From an uncultured Gemmatimonadaceae bacterium (lineage in GTDB: Bacteria > Gemmatimonadota > Gemmatimonadetes > Gemmatimonadales > Gemmatimonadaceae), in the NCBI GenBank assembly GCA_963751275.1, contig CAVVTZ010000009.1, positions 224,001 to 288,000 on the forward strand: a stretch of 64,000 bases of DNA, written 5' to 3'. The position numbers and the translations under genes are program-made. A model generated the notes under the pieces. It ran no database searches. It worked only from the letters and a program-made list of their open reading frames with translations, and was not told the origin of the DNA. Shown here one piece after another: positions 1 through 10,678 of the stretch. How positions within the stretch are numbered: position 1 is the stretch's first letter; each line of letters opens with the position of its first letter.

Positions 1-353
1 AGATACTTGTCCCAATCGGGGCCCACCTGCGCGTCGAAATCGTTCCGGCGCCGTTCGAGGCTCCTCTGCTGGATCAGCGCGGCGTAGTACTGTCCGGTGG
101 GCGTGTTCTCCTTGGCGATCACGGCCATCATCGAGTCGCGCGCCTGCAGCGCCTTGATGTACCGCGCCACGAGATCCACGGTGACCGTCGGCGCACCCGC
201 GTCGCACTTGGGCGGCTTCGCGGCGGTCGTGCTGCTCGCCGGCTCGCTCTTCGCCGGTACGCCCGGCAGTTTCGGCGTGGGGATGGAGATCTGTGCGAGC
301 GCGGCGCTCGTCGAGAGGATCAACGCGGCGGCGATCGGCATCGAGCGGATCAT
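1..353 (-). CDS. Secreted hypothetical protein, 3'-truncated by the window edge
   Basis: Read by hand: MIRSMPIAAALILSTSAALAQISIP... (signal peptide ending ALA-Q), AGGAG upstream, frame open to base 1. Confidence 0.7.
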   Translation of the reverse strand, partial: MIRSMPIAAALILSTSAALAQISIPTPKLPGVPAKSEPASSTTAAKPPKCDAGAPTVTVDLVARYIKALQARDSMMAVIAKENTPTGQYYAALIQQRSLERRRNDFDAQVGPDWDKY

Positions 354-457
354 CGGTCGGCTCCTGGGGTTCCGAGTTGGATGCCAGCGGTGAAGGGCGG
401 GGAAGCGTCCGGGGCTCCGGTTCCGCACCCTCCGTTCGCGGACTAAACTACCACTCA

Positions 458-2040
458 ATGACCAAGAAGAAAGACGCCCCCAAGCCGGGCGAGCCGAACG
501 AGGAACTGCTCGCGCGCTTGCGCAGCACCACGGAGCTGCTCGAGCAGATCATTCGCGATCGCGGGGTGCTCGTGGGCGTTCCTTCCGAGGAGCGGCGGCG
601 CTTGCTCGACGCCGTGGGCCAGGTGTACCACCCCAATGCCAACGCGCGCCGGCAGATGGTGCGCGCCACCACGCGCGCGCGCAAAGCCGAACGCATCAAG
701 AAGGAGGACAAGTCGCTGCACGCGACGGGCATCCGCACCCTGCGCCGCCAGACGGTGTTCACCACGCCCAACGTCTTCCCGCCCGAGGGATTCACGCAGG
801 AAGATGTGGACACCGAGGCCGAATTCCGAGAGGCGCTCGAGCCGCAGCACTGCTACGTCTGCAAGAAGAAGTTCACGAGACTGCACCACTTCTACGACCA
901 GCTCTGCCCGACGTGCGCGGAATTCAATTTCAAGAAGCGCACGGAGCTCGCCGACCTGCGCGGCCGCGTGGCGCTGCTCACCGGCGGGCGCGTGAAGATC
1001 GGCTACCAGGCGGGCCTCAAGCTGCTCCGCTGCGGCGCACGCCTCATCGTCACCACGCGCTTCCCGCGCGACTCGGCGCAGCGCTACGCGAAGGAGCCGG
1101 ATTTCGCCGAGTGGGGCGACCGACTCGAGATCTTCGGGCTCGACCTGCGGCACACGCCCAGCGTCGAGGCGTTCTGCCGCGAGCTGCTCACCACGCGCGA
1201 CCGGCTCGACTTCATCGTCAACAACGCGTGCCAGACCGTGCGGCGCCCGCCGGATTTCTACGCGCACATGATGGACGGCGAGACGGCCGCGCTGCGCGAG
1301 ATGCCCGCCGCCGTGCGCAAGCTGCTCGGCGCCTACGAAGGGCTGCGCGGCTATCACATGCTGCCGGAGTCCGAGGGAACGGGCGCGGCGGTGACGGCGG
1401 ACGCCGGCTCACCGATGTCGCCGGCATCACCCACGCGGCGGAGCTCTCGCAGGTCCCGCTGCTCCCCGAGGAGCTGCGAGGCGCAGAAGGCGTCTGTTCC
1501 CCGAGGGACAGCTCGACCAGGACCTGCAGCAGGTGGACCTGCGCGAGCGGAACTCGTGGCGGCTGCTGATGGCCGAGGTGCTCGAGCGGTGGAGCTGCTC
1601 GAGGTGCAGCTCGTGAACGCGGTCGCGCCCGTTCATCCTGAACGCGCGGCTCAAGCCGCTGCATGCTGCGCACGCCCGAGCGCGACAAGCACATCGTGAA
1701 CGTGTCGGCGGTGGAGGGGCAGTTCTACCGGCAAGTTCAAGACGACGCGGCATCCGCACACGAACATGGCGAAGGCGGCGCTGAACATGATGACGCGCAC
1801 GGCCGCCACGGACTACCACGCACGACGGCATCCACATGAACAGCGTGGACACGGGGTGGGTGACGCGACGAGGATCCGGTGGAGATCGCGGCGCGGAAGG
1901 TGGCGGAGCATCGGTTCCATCCGCCGCTCGACATCGTGGACGGGGCGGCGCGCATCGTCGATCCGATCATTCACGGCGTGAACACCGGGCATCATGTTTG
2001 GGGGCAGTTCCTCAAGGACTACGAGCCGACCGACTGGTAG
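458..2040 (+). CDS. SDR family oxidoreductase with N-terminal Cys cluster (frameshifted)
   Basis: CYVC...[15 protein letters not shown] and DFIVNNA motifs; C-terminal [15 protein letters not shown] and NSVDTGWV lie in other frames; several indels 1400-1870. Confidence 0.85.
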
Positions 2041-2098
2041 CGCTCGGGAGTCGGGAATCGGGAATCGCCGCGGGACGCGCAACTACGGTGAGGGCGTG

Positions 2099-2872
2099 AT
2101 GATCCAGCTACGAATGCGCGCAATGCTCTCCGGTCTGGCGTTGGCGGTGGGAATCTCCGCCGCCGCGCAGACCGATGAGATCCAGGTCTACGACGGCGAG
2201 CTCGCCAAGCCCGGCGAGTTCACGCTGACGCTGCATACGAACTACATCGTTAATGGCGATACCGCGCAGGCCTTTCCGGGTGCGGTCACGGCGAACCATT
2301 CGCTCAATGGCGTTCCCGAGTTCGCGTATGGCGTTTCCGACTGGTTCGAGGCGGGACTGTACCTGCCCGTGTGGAGCCTGGACGCGCACCAGGGCTTCGG
2401 CCTCGATGGATTCAAATTGCGCGCGCTCTTCGCGGTGCCGCACGCCGACGAGCGCGCGTTCGCGTACGGGGTGAACTTCGAATTCAGCGTGAACGCCCCG
2501 CAATGGGATCAGTCGAAGTATTCCTCTGAAGTCCGCATGATCCTGGCCTGGCATCTCAAGCCGGTGGACATCATCGTGAATCCGATCTTCGACACGGATT
2601 ACTCCGGTCTCGCGAACCTCGATTTCGCGCCCTGCGCGCGCATCGACTACAACGCGGGCACGCTGTGGTCGTTCGCACTCGAGGAGTATTCCGACTATGG
2701 TCCCATCCATGACATTCCCCCGTGGAACGAGCAGTTCCACGAGCTGTTCGCGGTGGTGGACCACCATGGCAAGACGTGGGACGCGGAGTTCGGCGTCGGC
2801 GTCGGGCTCACGAGCGCCTCGGACCAGCTCACGCTCAAGCTGATCCTCGCGCGTTCGCTCAACGGCAAATAG
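2099..2872 (+). CDS. Secreted, probable outer-membrane beta-barrel protein
   Basis: Signal peptide ending AAAQ; alternating aromatic beta-strand pattern; 'DEIQVYD' N-terminus. Confidence 0.65.
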   Translation: MIQLRMRAMLSGLALAVGISAAAQTDEIQVYDGELAKPGEFTLTLHTNYIVNGDTAQAFPGAVTANHSLNGVPEFAYGVSDWFEAGLYLPVWSLDAHQGFGLDGFKLRALFAVPHADERAFAYGVNFEFSVNAPQWDQSKYSSEVRMILAWHLKPVDIIVNPIFDTDYSGLANLDFAPCARIDYNAGTLWSFALEEYSDYGPIHDIPPWNEQFHELFAVVDHHGKTWDAEFGVGVGLTSASDQLTLKLILARSLNGK

Positions 2873-2883
2873 GAGCGCGGCGC

Positions 2884-3432
2884 ATGCGGCGTGTCGCGAC
2901 CGTCCTGATGGCGGCGGCCTCTCTCGTGACCTGCGCGGCCGTCGCGCGCGCCCAGGAGACGCTCGCCTTCACCGTGCCCGCCGCGCCCTGGCGGCTCGTG
3001 CTCCCGAAGAACGCGATCACCGTGGAGGATGAGCGCGTGGACGACAACGGCCGCTCCGGATACTTCACCATGTCCGATGCCAAGACGAACATCACGATCT
3101 CCTTCCTCATCCAGCCGGCGGGCGATTGCGTGAACAGCCGGACGTGCCGCGACAGCGTGCGGGCGCGTGGCAACCCCACCTGGCAGGATCCGCAGCAGAT
3201 GTCCGACGGCATGTTCGGCGACATCTCGTACTTCCAGTTCTTCATGCCATCGTACGGCGGATACCCCGTGAAGCAGGAGAACCTGTACGCCGAGTTCGTG
3301 CAGGACGGCTTCCGGGTGGACCTGCACCTCTCGAAGGTGCGATATTCGCCGTCGGACCACGCGCTGTTCGAGGCGATCGTGAGATCGATCCGTTTCGAGC
3401 CAAAGGACCCCCCGCCGGGAACGGAGGACTGA
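2884..3432 (+). CDS. Secreted hypothetical protein
   Basis: AGGAG RBS, signal peptide ending ARA-Q, typical codon usage. Confidence 0.7.
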   Translation: MRRVATVLMAAASLVTCAAVARAQETLAFTVPAAPWRLVLPKNAITVEDERVDDNGRSGYFTMSDAKTNITISFLIQPAGDCVNSRTCRDSVRARGNPTWQDPQQMSDGMFGDISYFQFFMPSYGGYPVKQENLYAEFVQDGFRVDLHLSKVRYSPSDHALFEAIVRSIRFEPKDPPPGTED

Positions 3433-3433
3433 G

Positions 3434-4117
3434 ATGCGGGTGCTGCTGTTCGGCGCGACCGGCATGGCCGGCCGCGCGGTGTTCGAGGCCTGCCTGGCGT
3501 CGCCGGTGGTGACGCAGGTGCGCGCCATCACGCGCGCTCCGCTCGCCGAGCCGTCGCGGAAGTTCGTGGGCGTGGTGCACGGCGATCTCAGCGACTACTC
3601 AGCGGTGGAGCCGGCCTTTCGCGATGTGGACGTCTGCCTCTTCTGCGTGGGGATCTCCTCGACGCAGGTGCCGGAGGAATCCGCCTACCGGAGGATCACG
3701 TACGACTTCCCGCTCGCGGCCGCCGCCGCGCTGCGCTTCGGAAGTCCGGCCGCGCAGTTCCAGTATCTGAGCGGCGACGGCGCGGGCCTCGACAGCCGCT
3801 TCATGTGGGCGCGCGTGAAGGCGGAGGCCGAGCGCGATCTCGTGGCGCGGTACCAGGCCGTGTGCTGGCGTCCCATGATCATCGGCGCGAAGGCGTCGGC
3901 GAATACGCCATTCGCGTACAAGCTGGTATTCCCGCTCTTCCCGTTGATGAAAGGATTCCGGCGATTCTACGTGAGCGGCGCGGATCTCGGCAACGCGATG
4001 ATCCAGGCGAACATTGAACGCACGCGCAGCCGTGTGATCAAGGCCGCGGAGATCCGGGATTTCGCCGATCGGTACTCGAGGGTGAGCCACCGGACTTCGG
4101 GGCCGGTCAAGGTCTAG
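3434..4117 (+). CDS. NAD(P)-binding Rossmann / epimerase family protein
   Basis: LLFGATGMAG; WARVKAEAE motif. Confidence 0.85.
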   Translation: MRVLLFGATGMAGRAVFEACLASPVVTQVRAITRAPLAEPSRKFVGVVHGDLSDYSAVEPAFRDVDVCLFCVGISSTQVPEESAYRRITYDFPLAAAAALRFGSPAAQFQYLSGDGAGLDSRFMWARVKAEAERDLVARYQAVCWRPMIIGAKASANTPFAYKLVFPLFPLMKGFRRFYVSGADLGNAMIQANIERTRSRVIKAAEIRDFADRYSRVSHRTSGPVKV

Positions 4118-4127
4118 GAGGCGAATC

Positions 4128-4802
4128 ATGTTCGTCGGACACTACGGACCTAGCTTCGCCGCGAAGAAGGCGGACACATCGATCCCGCTCTGGGTGCTGT
4201 TCCTCGCGGTGCAGCTGCTCGACGTCGGCTGGGGCGTCTTCGTGCTCCTCGGCGTCGAGAAAGTGCGGATCATCCCGGGCTTCACGAAGTCGAATCCGCT
4301 CGATCTGTATTACATGCCGTATACGCACGGGCTCATCACCGCGCTCCTCTGGTCCGCGGGCGCGATGCTGCTCTATCGGTTCTTCTGGAAGAGCGCGACC
4401 ACGCGCGCGGGATTGATCGTCGCGGCAGCGGTGTTCTCGCACTGGGTGCTCGACTTCATCGTACACATCCCCGATCTACCGCTGTATGGCAACACGGCGA
4501 AGGTCGGACTCGGCCTCTGGAACTATCCCGCGATCGCGCTGCCGCTGGAGATCGTGGTCTTCGTTGGCGGACTCTGGATGTACTTCAGCACGGGCATCAA
4601 ACGGCGGATGCAGTTTGTGGTCCTGGGCATCGGAATGTTCGCGATCCAGATCGCGACCTTCTTCGGCCCGCCGCCGCCGTCGGCCAAGCTGGCCGCCGCC
4701 GAGGCACTGATCGCGTATTTCCTGTTCGCGGGACTGATCGCGTGGATGGAGAGGCGCGAAATGGGGGTCCGGCCTCCCGAACTACAACAATCGACAGGAT
4801 GA
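4128..4802 (+). CDS. Membrane-bound metal-dependent hydrolase-like protein
   Basis: MFVGH, PYTHGL and SHWVLD motifs; several TM helices; last codons run into the hairpin at 4763. Confidence 0.8.
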   Translation: MFVGHYGPSFAAKKADTSIPLWVLFLAVQLLDVGWGVFVLLGVEKVRIIPGFTKSNPLDLYYMPYTHGLITALLWSAGAMLLYRFFWKSATTRAGLIVAAAVFSHWVLDFIVHIPDLPLYGNTAKVGLGLWNYPAIALPLEIVVFVGGLWMYFSTGIKRRMQFVVLGIGMFAIQIATFFGPPPPSAKLAAAEALIAYFLFAGLIAWMERREMGVRPPELQQSTG

Positions 4803-4894
4803 ACATGATGTGCATGATGAACGGCGGTGACGCCGTTCATCATGCACATCATGTTCATCCTGTCGATTGTTGTAGTTCGGGAGGCCGGACCCCC
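4763..4894. repeat. Perfect hairpin (family B, 9-nt periodic arms)
   Basis: 64-bp perfect inverted arms around a GTGA loop (4827-4830); arm contains GACAGGATGAACATGATGTGCATGATG; lies between convergent genes. Confidence 0.95.
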
Positions 4895-6291
4895 TAGAAC
4901 GGATTATCCGGCAGCACGATGAATCGCGGCCGATCCACGACCACGCCGTCGAGATGCAGCATCGCGAGTCCGACGCCGGCCGCGCCCTGCATCATTCCGG
5001 TCTGCGCGATCACGTCGGCGGGCGAGATGCGATTCTCCGCCTGGATCCACTTGAGTCCGTCGCCGTCGATCGTCGCGCGCGCCATGGTGTCATCCGCGAC
5101 CTTCACCGCGAACACGAGATGCCGGCGTTCCTTGGTGAGCGCATACATCGACAGGAAGAACTCGCACACGCCGGAATTCCCGCAGCACTGCGAGATGTTG
5201 TTCCAGTAGCCCGAGAGATCGGGATGCTTCTCGGGCACGCCGCTGTCGATGATTCCCTGCGCGAGCTTCGGCACCTGGCTCGACCACTTGGCGTCTCCGG
5301 TCGCGACGCCGAGTTGGTGATAGAGGCGCGCGGTGCCCGCCGGCCCGTGGCACCAACTCAGATAGTAGAGATCCTCGCCGCCGGGCTCGTGGTGGAAGAC
5401 CTTCTTCCCCGCGGGACCGGTCGCGACCGCGATCGCGTCGAGGTACGTCGCGCCCGCGATCGCCGCGTCGAGGAAGGCGCGCTCCTTCGTCGCGAGATAG
5501 AGCGTCGCAAGGAAATATGAAACGCCCCCGGTGCCGTGCGAGAAGTTCGGATACAACTTCGCGACGCTTGGGCTCGATTGCCACTTGAGTCCGCCCTCCG
5601 CCGGGATCCCCACCTCCACGAGATGCCGCCCCGCCTTCGCCGCGGCGTCGCGCGCCTTCGGGTCGTTGAGCGCCTTCTCCGCCCAGAGCATCGTGAGCCC
5701 GATCCCCGCGCCGCCGGCGATGATGTCGTACACGCTGTTCCACGCAATGCCGTTCCCCTGCGGCGTCGCGGCCGCGTGCAGGAGCGTCATCGCGCGCTGC
5801 GCGCCCGCGTAGTACACATCGCGTCCGGTGGCCGCGTGCGTGCGCTCGAGCACGTACGCGATGCCCGCCGCGCCCGTGTACAGTCCCACGCCTTCTTCGC
5901 CGAGCTCCGCTGCCGTGGCGGGCAGTGTCGCGATGAGATAGTCCGCGCCGGATGCGGCGCGCTCGAGCATCGCCGGATCCCTGGTGGCCGACCACGCTTC
6001 GAGATAGAACAGCACGACGCCGGGCGTGCCGTTGTACATGTCGGTCTCGATCACTTCCGGCTTGAGCGGGTTCGCCGGCCACGCGGTGCCGCGCGCATCG
6101 CGCACCGCGCTCCGGCGGATCCACTGCTCGGCGCGCAGCGACGCGTTGTAGTACGGCCGGCTCGGCGCGAACAGATCGCGGAACAACCGCCGCCACCCTT
6201 CCGGCGCCGTGATCATCGCCGCGAACGCCGCCCCGCGCTCCAGCAGCGCGCGCCGCGTGAACCCCTCATGCGAGCCCGTGTCGTACGCCAT
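4894..6291 (-). CDS. LanC-like (lanthionine synthetase C family) protein with putative Tat signal
   Basis: Repeated GxxG motifs (YNGTPG, YTGAAG, SHGTGG, WCHGPAG, QCCGNSG, MQGAAG); N-terminal TRRALL. Confidence 0.85.
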   Translation of the reverse strand: MAYDTGSHEGFTRRALLERGAAFAAMITAPEGWRRLFRDLFAPSRPYYNASLRAEQWIRRSAVRDARGTAWPANPLKPEVIETDMYNGTPGVVLFYLEAWSATRDPAMLERAASGADYLIATLPATAAELGEEGVGLYTGAAGIAYVLERTHAATGRDVYYAGAQRAMTLLHAAATPQGNGIAWNSVYDIIAGGAGIGLTMLWAEKALNDPKARDAAAKAGRHLVEVGIPAEGGLKWQSSPSVAKLYPNFSHGTGGVSYFLATLYLATKERAFLDAAIAGATYLDAIAVATGPAGKKVFHHEPGGEDLYYLSWCHGPAGTARLYHQLGVATGDAKWSSQVPKLAQGIIDSGVPEKHPDLSGYWNNISQCCGNSGVCEFFLSMYALTKERRHLVFAVKVADDTMARATIDGDGLKWIQAENRISPADVIAQTGMMQGAAGVGLAMLHLDGVVVDRPRFIVLPDNPF

Positions 6292-6380
6292 GAGCTATCC
6301 TATGGAAGGTCCGTCGCGCATGTCAATGAGTGGTTCGTACGGGTCCACGAGTTCTCAGGTTCCATGCGCAGCGACCCAAG

Positions 6381-6597
6381 CATCACGGTTCAAGCATGAA
6401 CGGATCAACCGGATGATCCGGATGCGACGGATCGCTCCATGAGGCGCATGAGTGCCCCGTGGCAATGTCGGCTTCGATGATTTGTTGTTCACAACAAAAT
6501 CGAACGCCTGCGTCAGCGCGCCGGCTTCTCTGCGCGCATGGAGCGATCCGCCGCATCCGCCCCATCCGGTTCATCCGTTCATGCTTGAACCGTGATG
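6381..6597. repeat. Imperfect long hairpin with CGGAT 9-mer arms and central AT-rich palindrome
   Basis: CATCACGGTTCAAGCATGAACGGAT...ATCCGTTCATGCTTGAACCGTGATG; TTTGTTGT-TC-ACAACAAA at 6481-6498. Confidence 0.9.
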
Positions 6598-6712
6598 AAT
6601 GTGTTCGCGCACTCGGAACGCGAGAACTCGCCGAGCCCGGCGTTCAACTAGCCACACGCTACCCCACACTCTAGTATTTACCACTCACCCTATGTTCCTC
6701 GAGGCCCTTGTC

Positions 6713-8767
6713 ATGCGGAATCGTCTGTTCGTTCTCCTCGCGCTCGCGATGGTGGCTGCGCCGCTCGATGCGCAGAGACCGACGAGCGACCGGCTCACGC
6801 TCAAGGACATCTTCGAGCTCGAGTGGGGCGCCGATCCGCAGATCGCGCCCGATGGCAAGCGCGTCGTGTTCGAGCGGCAGGGCTTCGACATCATGAAGGA
6901 CAACACGAAGAGTGCGCTCTGGATCGTGAACGCCGATGGCTCCGACCTCCGCCCGCTGCTCGATCCCACGCGGCAGGCCGGCAGTCCGCGCTGGTCGCCC
7001 GACGGCACGAAGCTGCTCTTCGTCTCGAGCGTGGATGGCAAGAGCGAGATCTTCGTGCGCTGGATGGACACCGGCGTCGAGGCGAAGCTCACGCACCTCG
7101 CCGAATCGCCGCGTTCGATCGCCTGGTCGCCCGACGGCAAGTGGATCGCCTTCTCGATGTTCGTCCCCGATGATCCGAAGCCGTTCGTGACGCTCCCCAC
7201 GCCGCCCGCCGGCGCCGACTGGGGACCGCCGCTGCAGTACATCGATCAGGTGCAGTACCGCTTCGACGGCCGCGGTTATCTCCGCCGCGGGCACACGCAC
7301 GTCTTCGTGCTGCCCGCCGAGGGCGGCACCGCGCGCCAGATCACCGACGGCGCGTGGGACGATGGCGCGCCGATGTGGAGTCCCGACGGCGCGGCGCTCA
7401 TCTTCTCCGGTAACCGGCACGCGGACGCGGAGTACGAGCCGAACAACAGCGACATCTACGAGGTATCCGCGACCGGCGGCGCGGTGAAGGCGCTCACCAC
7501 TCGCTATGGCCCCGACAACGATCCGGTCGTCTCGCCCGACGGCAAGACGATCGCGTACACCGGGTTCGACGACCGGCACCAGGGTTACCAGGTCACGCAG
7601 ATCTATCTGATGAATCGCGACGGCTCGGGCTCGCGCTCCCTCTCGGCGAAGCTCGACCGAGATGCGCGCGGTCTCGCGTGGAGCCGCGATGGCAAGGGAC
7701 TCTACTTCCAGTACGATGACCAGGGCGACACGAAGGTCGGCTTCATCACCACTGCCGGCGCGGTGACGGTGCTCGCGCACCAGCTCGGCGGCCTCGACCT
7801 CGGCCGCCCCTACGGCGGCGGATCGTTCACCGTCGCGAACAACGGGCGGTTCGCGTTCAACTTCACCACGCCGGACCATCCGGCCGACATCGCCGTCGGC
7901 GAGGCGGGACATCCGGTCGTGCGGCTCACGCGGCTCAATGATGATCTCTTCGAGCACAAGACCCTCGGCGCCGTCGAGGAACTGTGGTTCCCGTCGTCGT
8001 TCGACCAGCGCAAGGTGGAAGGCTGGATCATGAAGCCGCCCGGCTTCGATTCCACGAAGAAGTATCCGCTGGTGCTCGAGATCCACGGTGGTCCGTTCGC
8101 GAACTACGGCGCACGCTATGCGACCGAGCTCCAATTGTACGCGGCCGCGGGCTACGTGGTGCTGTACACCAATCCGCGCGGCTCCACGAGTTACGGCGAG
8201 GAGTTCGGGAATCTCATCCATCACGATTACCCGAACCACGATTTCGATGATCTGATGAGCGGAGTGAACGCCGTGATCGCGAAGGGCTACGTGGACACCA
8301 CGAACCTGATGGTCACCGGCGGCAGCGGCGGCGGCGTGCTCACCGCCTGGATCGTCGGCCACACGAATCGCTTCCGCGCGGCCGTCGTGCAGAAACCGGT
8401 GATCAACTGGTACAGCTTCGTGCTCACCGCCGACGCCGATGCCTTCTTCACGAAATACTGGTTCCCCGGCATGCCGTGGGACAACCAGGAGCAGTACATG
8501 AAGCGCTCGCCGATCACCTACGTCGGCAACGTCACCACGCCGACGATGCTCATTACCGGCGCGGTGGACTATCGTACGCCGAGCTCGGAGGCCGAGCAGT
8601 TCTACGAGGCGCTGAAGTTGCGGAAGATCCCGACGGCGATGGTGCGCGTGCCGAACGCCTCGCACGAGATCTCCGCGATCCCGAGTCACATGATGGCGAA
8701 GGTCGCATACATCCTGGGCTGGTTCGGCCAGTACCGTACGGGGAGCGGTACGCCGCTCACGCCGTAG
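6713..8767 (+). CDS. S9 family (prolyl oligopeptidase / acylaminoacyl) peptidase, secreted
   Basis: Signal peptide, WSPDG PD40 repeats, IHGGP, GGSGGG nucleophile, D and H triad motifs (VDYRT, ASHEI). Confidence 0.95.
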   Translation: MRNRLFVLLALAMVAAPLDAQRPTSDRLTLKDIFELEWGADPQIAPDGKRVVFERQGFDIMKDNTKSALWIVNADGSDLRPLLDPTRQAGSPRWSPDGTKLLFVSSVDGKSEIFVRWMDTGVEAKLTHLAESPRSIAWSPDGKWIAFSMFVPDDPKPFVTLPTPPAGADWGPPLQYIDQVQYRFDGRGYLRRGHTHVFVLPAEGGTARQITDGAWDDGAPMWSPDGAALIFSGNRHADAEYEPNNSDIYEVSATGGAVKALTTRYGPDNDPVVSPDGKTIAYTGFDDRHQGYQVTQIYLMNRDGSGSRSLSAKLDRDARGLAWSRDGKGLYFQYDDQGDTKVGFITTAGAVTVLAHQLGGLDLGRPYGGGSFTVANNGRFAFNFTTPDHPADIAVGEAGHPVVRLTRLNDDLFEHKTLGAVEELWFPSSFDQRKVEGWIMKPPGFDSTKKYPLVLEIHGGPFANYGARYATELQLYAAAGYVVLYTNPRGSTSYGEEFGNLIHHDYPNHDFDDLMSGVNAVIAKGYVDTTNLMVTGGSGGGVLTAWIVGHTNRFRAAVVQKPVINWYSFVLTADADAFFTKYWFPGMPWDNQEQYMKRSPITYVGNVTTPTMLITGAVDYRTPSSEAEQFYEALKLRKIPTAMVRVPNASHEISAIPSHMMAKVAYILGWFGQYRTGSGTPLTP

Positions 8768-8772
8768 CGCGC

Positions 8773-9171
8773 TTGCCCGGACTGCCGCTCACACTGCTCG
8801 CCCAGCCGCTCGCGATGTGCCAGCTTCCGGCGGATTCCTCCGAGCCCGCGTGGACGCGCGGGGCTCGCGCATTCCTGACGGTCAGTCGCACACCAACGGA
8901 ATTGTCGATCGTCGCCGATGAGCGTGCGTTCCCGGCGGACGTGAACGCGCAGCGCGGCTATCGCGCGTTCCGCGTGCAGGGGCCGCTGCCGCTGGATCTC
9001 GTCGGGATCTTCGCATCGCTCGCGGCGCCGCTCGCGGCGGAAGGGATCGCGATCTTCCCGATCGCGACGTTCGACACCGACTATCTGCTCGTGCATTCGC
9101 GCGACCTCGCGCGCGCGACCGCCGCGCTCGAGCGCGCCGGTCACGTGATCGCCGCAGAACCGCTTCTCTAA
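8773..9171 (+). CDS. ACT domain-containing protein
   Basis: RTPTELSIV, GPLPLDLVGI and ATFDTDYLLV motifs; TTG start uncertain. Confidence 0.8.
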   Translation: MPGLPLTLLAQPLAMCQLPADSSEPAWTRGARAFLTVSRTPTELSIVADERAFPADVNAQRGYRAFRVQGPLPLDLVGIFASLAAPLAAEGIAIFPIATFDTDYLLVHSRDLARATAALERAGHVIAAEPLL

Positions 9172-9180
9172 GGAGGGATC

Positions 9181-9618
9181 ATGACGCGTCGCACGGTCGT
9201 GCTGCTGCTGGCCAGCGTATTGCTCACGGGGAGCGCGCCCGACGATCCCCGTGCTCAGGTGATGGCCACGGAGACCGCGTTCGCGAAGACGATGGCCGAC
9301 CGCGACTATACCGCGTTCGGCACCTTCGTATCGAGCGAGGCGGTGTTCTTCACCGGCGCCGCTCCGCTGCGCGGCAAGCAGGCGGTGCTCGACCACTGGA
9401 AGCGCTACTATGACAAGGGGCCCGCGCCTTTCTCCTGGGCGCCCGAGAAGGTGGAAGTGCTCGAGTCCGGCACGCTCGCGCTCAGCACGGGGCCGGTGTA
9501 CGATCCCGCCGGCAAGCAGACCGGCACGTTCACATCTATTTGGCGACAGGATGCGCCCGGCGTCTGGCACATCGTGTTCGACAAGGGGAATCCCGTGTGC
9601 AACTGCGAGGCGAAGTGA
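9181..9618 (+). CDS. NTF2-like / DUF4440 protein
   Basis: ETAFAKTMA, FTSIWR...WHIVFDKG; strong RBS. Confidence 0.85.
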   Translation: MTRRTVVLLLASVLLTGSAPDDPRAQVMATETAFAKTMADRDYTAFGTFVSSEAVFFTGAAPLRGKQAVLDHWKRYYDKGPAPFSWAPEKVEVLESGTLALSTGPVYDPAGKQTGTFTSIWRQDAPGVWHIVFDKGNPVCNCEAK

Positions 9619-10652
9619 TACGACACTCGGTCGGCTCGATCGCTGTGTCGCTCGCCCTCGCGGCGCCCGCCCACGCGCAGATCGTGCACACCGACCAGCC
9701 GAGCGGCACGTCGGAATTATTGATCGCCGTGAGCCCGGTGAGCGACAAGGTCGTGTGGGTGAGCGGGCAGCACGGGACGTGGCTGCGCAGCACCGACGGC
9801 GGCGCGCACTGGCAGGTCGGGCACGTGCCCGGCGCCGATTCGCTCCAGTTCCGCGACGTGCACGCGGTGGATGCGAACACGGCCTATCTGCTCAGCATCG
9901 GCAACGGCTCGCAGTCGCGCATCTACAAGACCACCGACGCCGGCAAGCACTGGAGGCTGCAGATCACGAACACCGATTCGGCGGGTTTCTACGACTGCAT
10001 GGATTTCTGGGACCCGAAGCGCGGCGTGGCGGTGGGCGACGCGGTGGCCGGGCAGATAGTGATACTCACTACTATTGATGGTGGCGCCCACTGGAACCGC
10101 GTGCGCGCGTCGGCCCTGCCGGCGGCGCTGCTGAATGAGGGAAGCTTCGCCGCCAGCGGCACCTGTCTCGTCACTCAGCCGGGCGGCCACGCATGGATCG
10201 TCTCCAGCAACGCGCAGCAGGCGCGGTTGCTGCACACCGCGGATTTCGGCCGGTCGTGGCAGCTGGAGCCGCTGCCGATCACGACGCACTCGGGCTCCGG
10301 ACCGCAGTCGATCAGCTTCCGCGATCCGGAGAATGGCGCGGTGTTCGCCGGCGGCGCCGCGGTGTTGCCGAGCGATGAGCTCGTGGCCATTACCGTGGAT
10401 GGCGGCGCGCACTGGACGGCGCGCACGTCGCCCGACTTCAAACAGGGCCTCTGGGCGGGCGTGTACGTGCCGGGCGCGAACCCGACCGCGATCGTCGCGG
10501 TGGGCCCCGACGGTGCGGCGTACTCGCGAGACGACGGCATGACGTGGATCGCGATCGACAGCTTCGATTACTGGTCGGTGGGCATGGCCTCCCCGCGCGC
10601 CGGCTGGGCGGTGGGTGCGAAGGGACGGATCACCAAGTTGTCGGGCTTCTGA
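9615..10652 (+). CDS. BNR/Asp-box repeat beta-propeller (YCF48-like) protein
   Basis: Repeated (S/T)xDGGxxW Asp-boxes; signal peptide; GTGA overlap with upstream gene. Confidence 0.85.
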   Translation: MIRHSVGSIAVSLALAAPAHAQIVHTDQPSGTSELLIAVSPVSDKVVWVSGQHGTWLRSTDGGAHWQVGHVPGADSLQFRDVHAVDANTAYLLSIGNGSQSRIYKTTDAGKHWRLQITNTDSAGFYDCMDFWDPKRGVAVGDAVAGQIVILTTIDGGAHWNRVRASALPAALLNEGSFAASGTCLVTQPGGHAWIVSSNAQQARLLHTADFGRSWQLEPLPITTHSGSGPQSISFRDPENGAVFAGGAAVLPSDELVAITVDGGAHWTARTSPDFKQGLWAGVYVPGANPTAIVAVGPDGAAYSRDDGMTWIAIDSFDYWSVGMASPRAGWAVGAKGRITKLSGF

Positions 10653-10678
10653 GCATCTCTCTCGCAGCGAGGGGCACC

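Noticed and set aside
6671..8689. Long antisense ORFs (also 24049-26037, 38094-39947 and others)
   Set aside because: Shadow frames of high-GC genes with no recognisable motifs.
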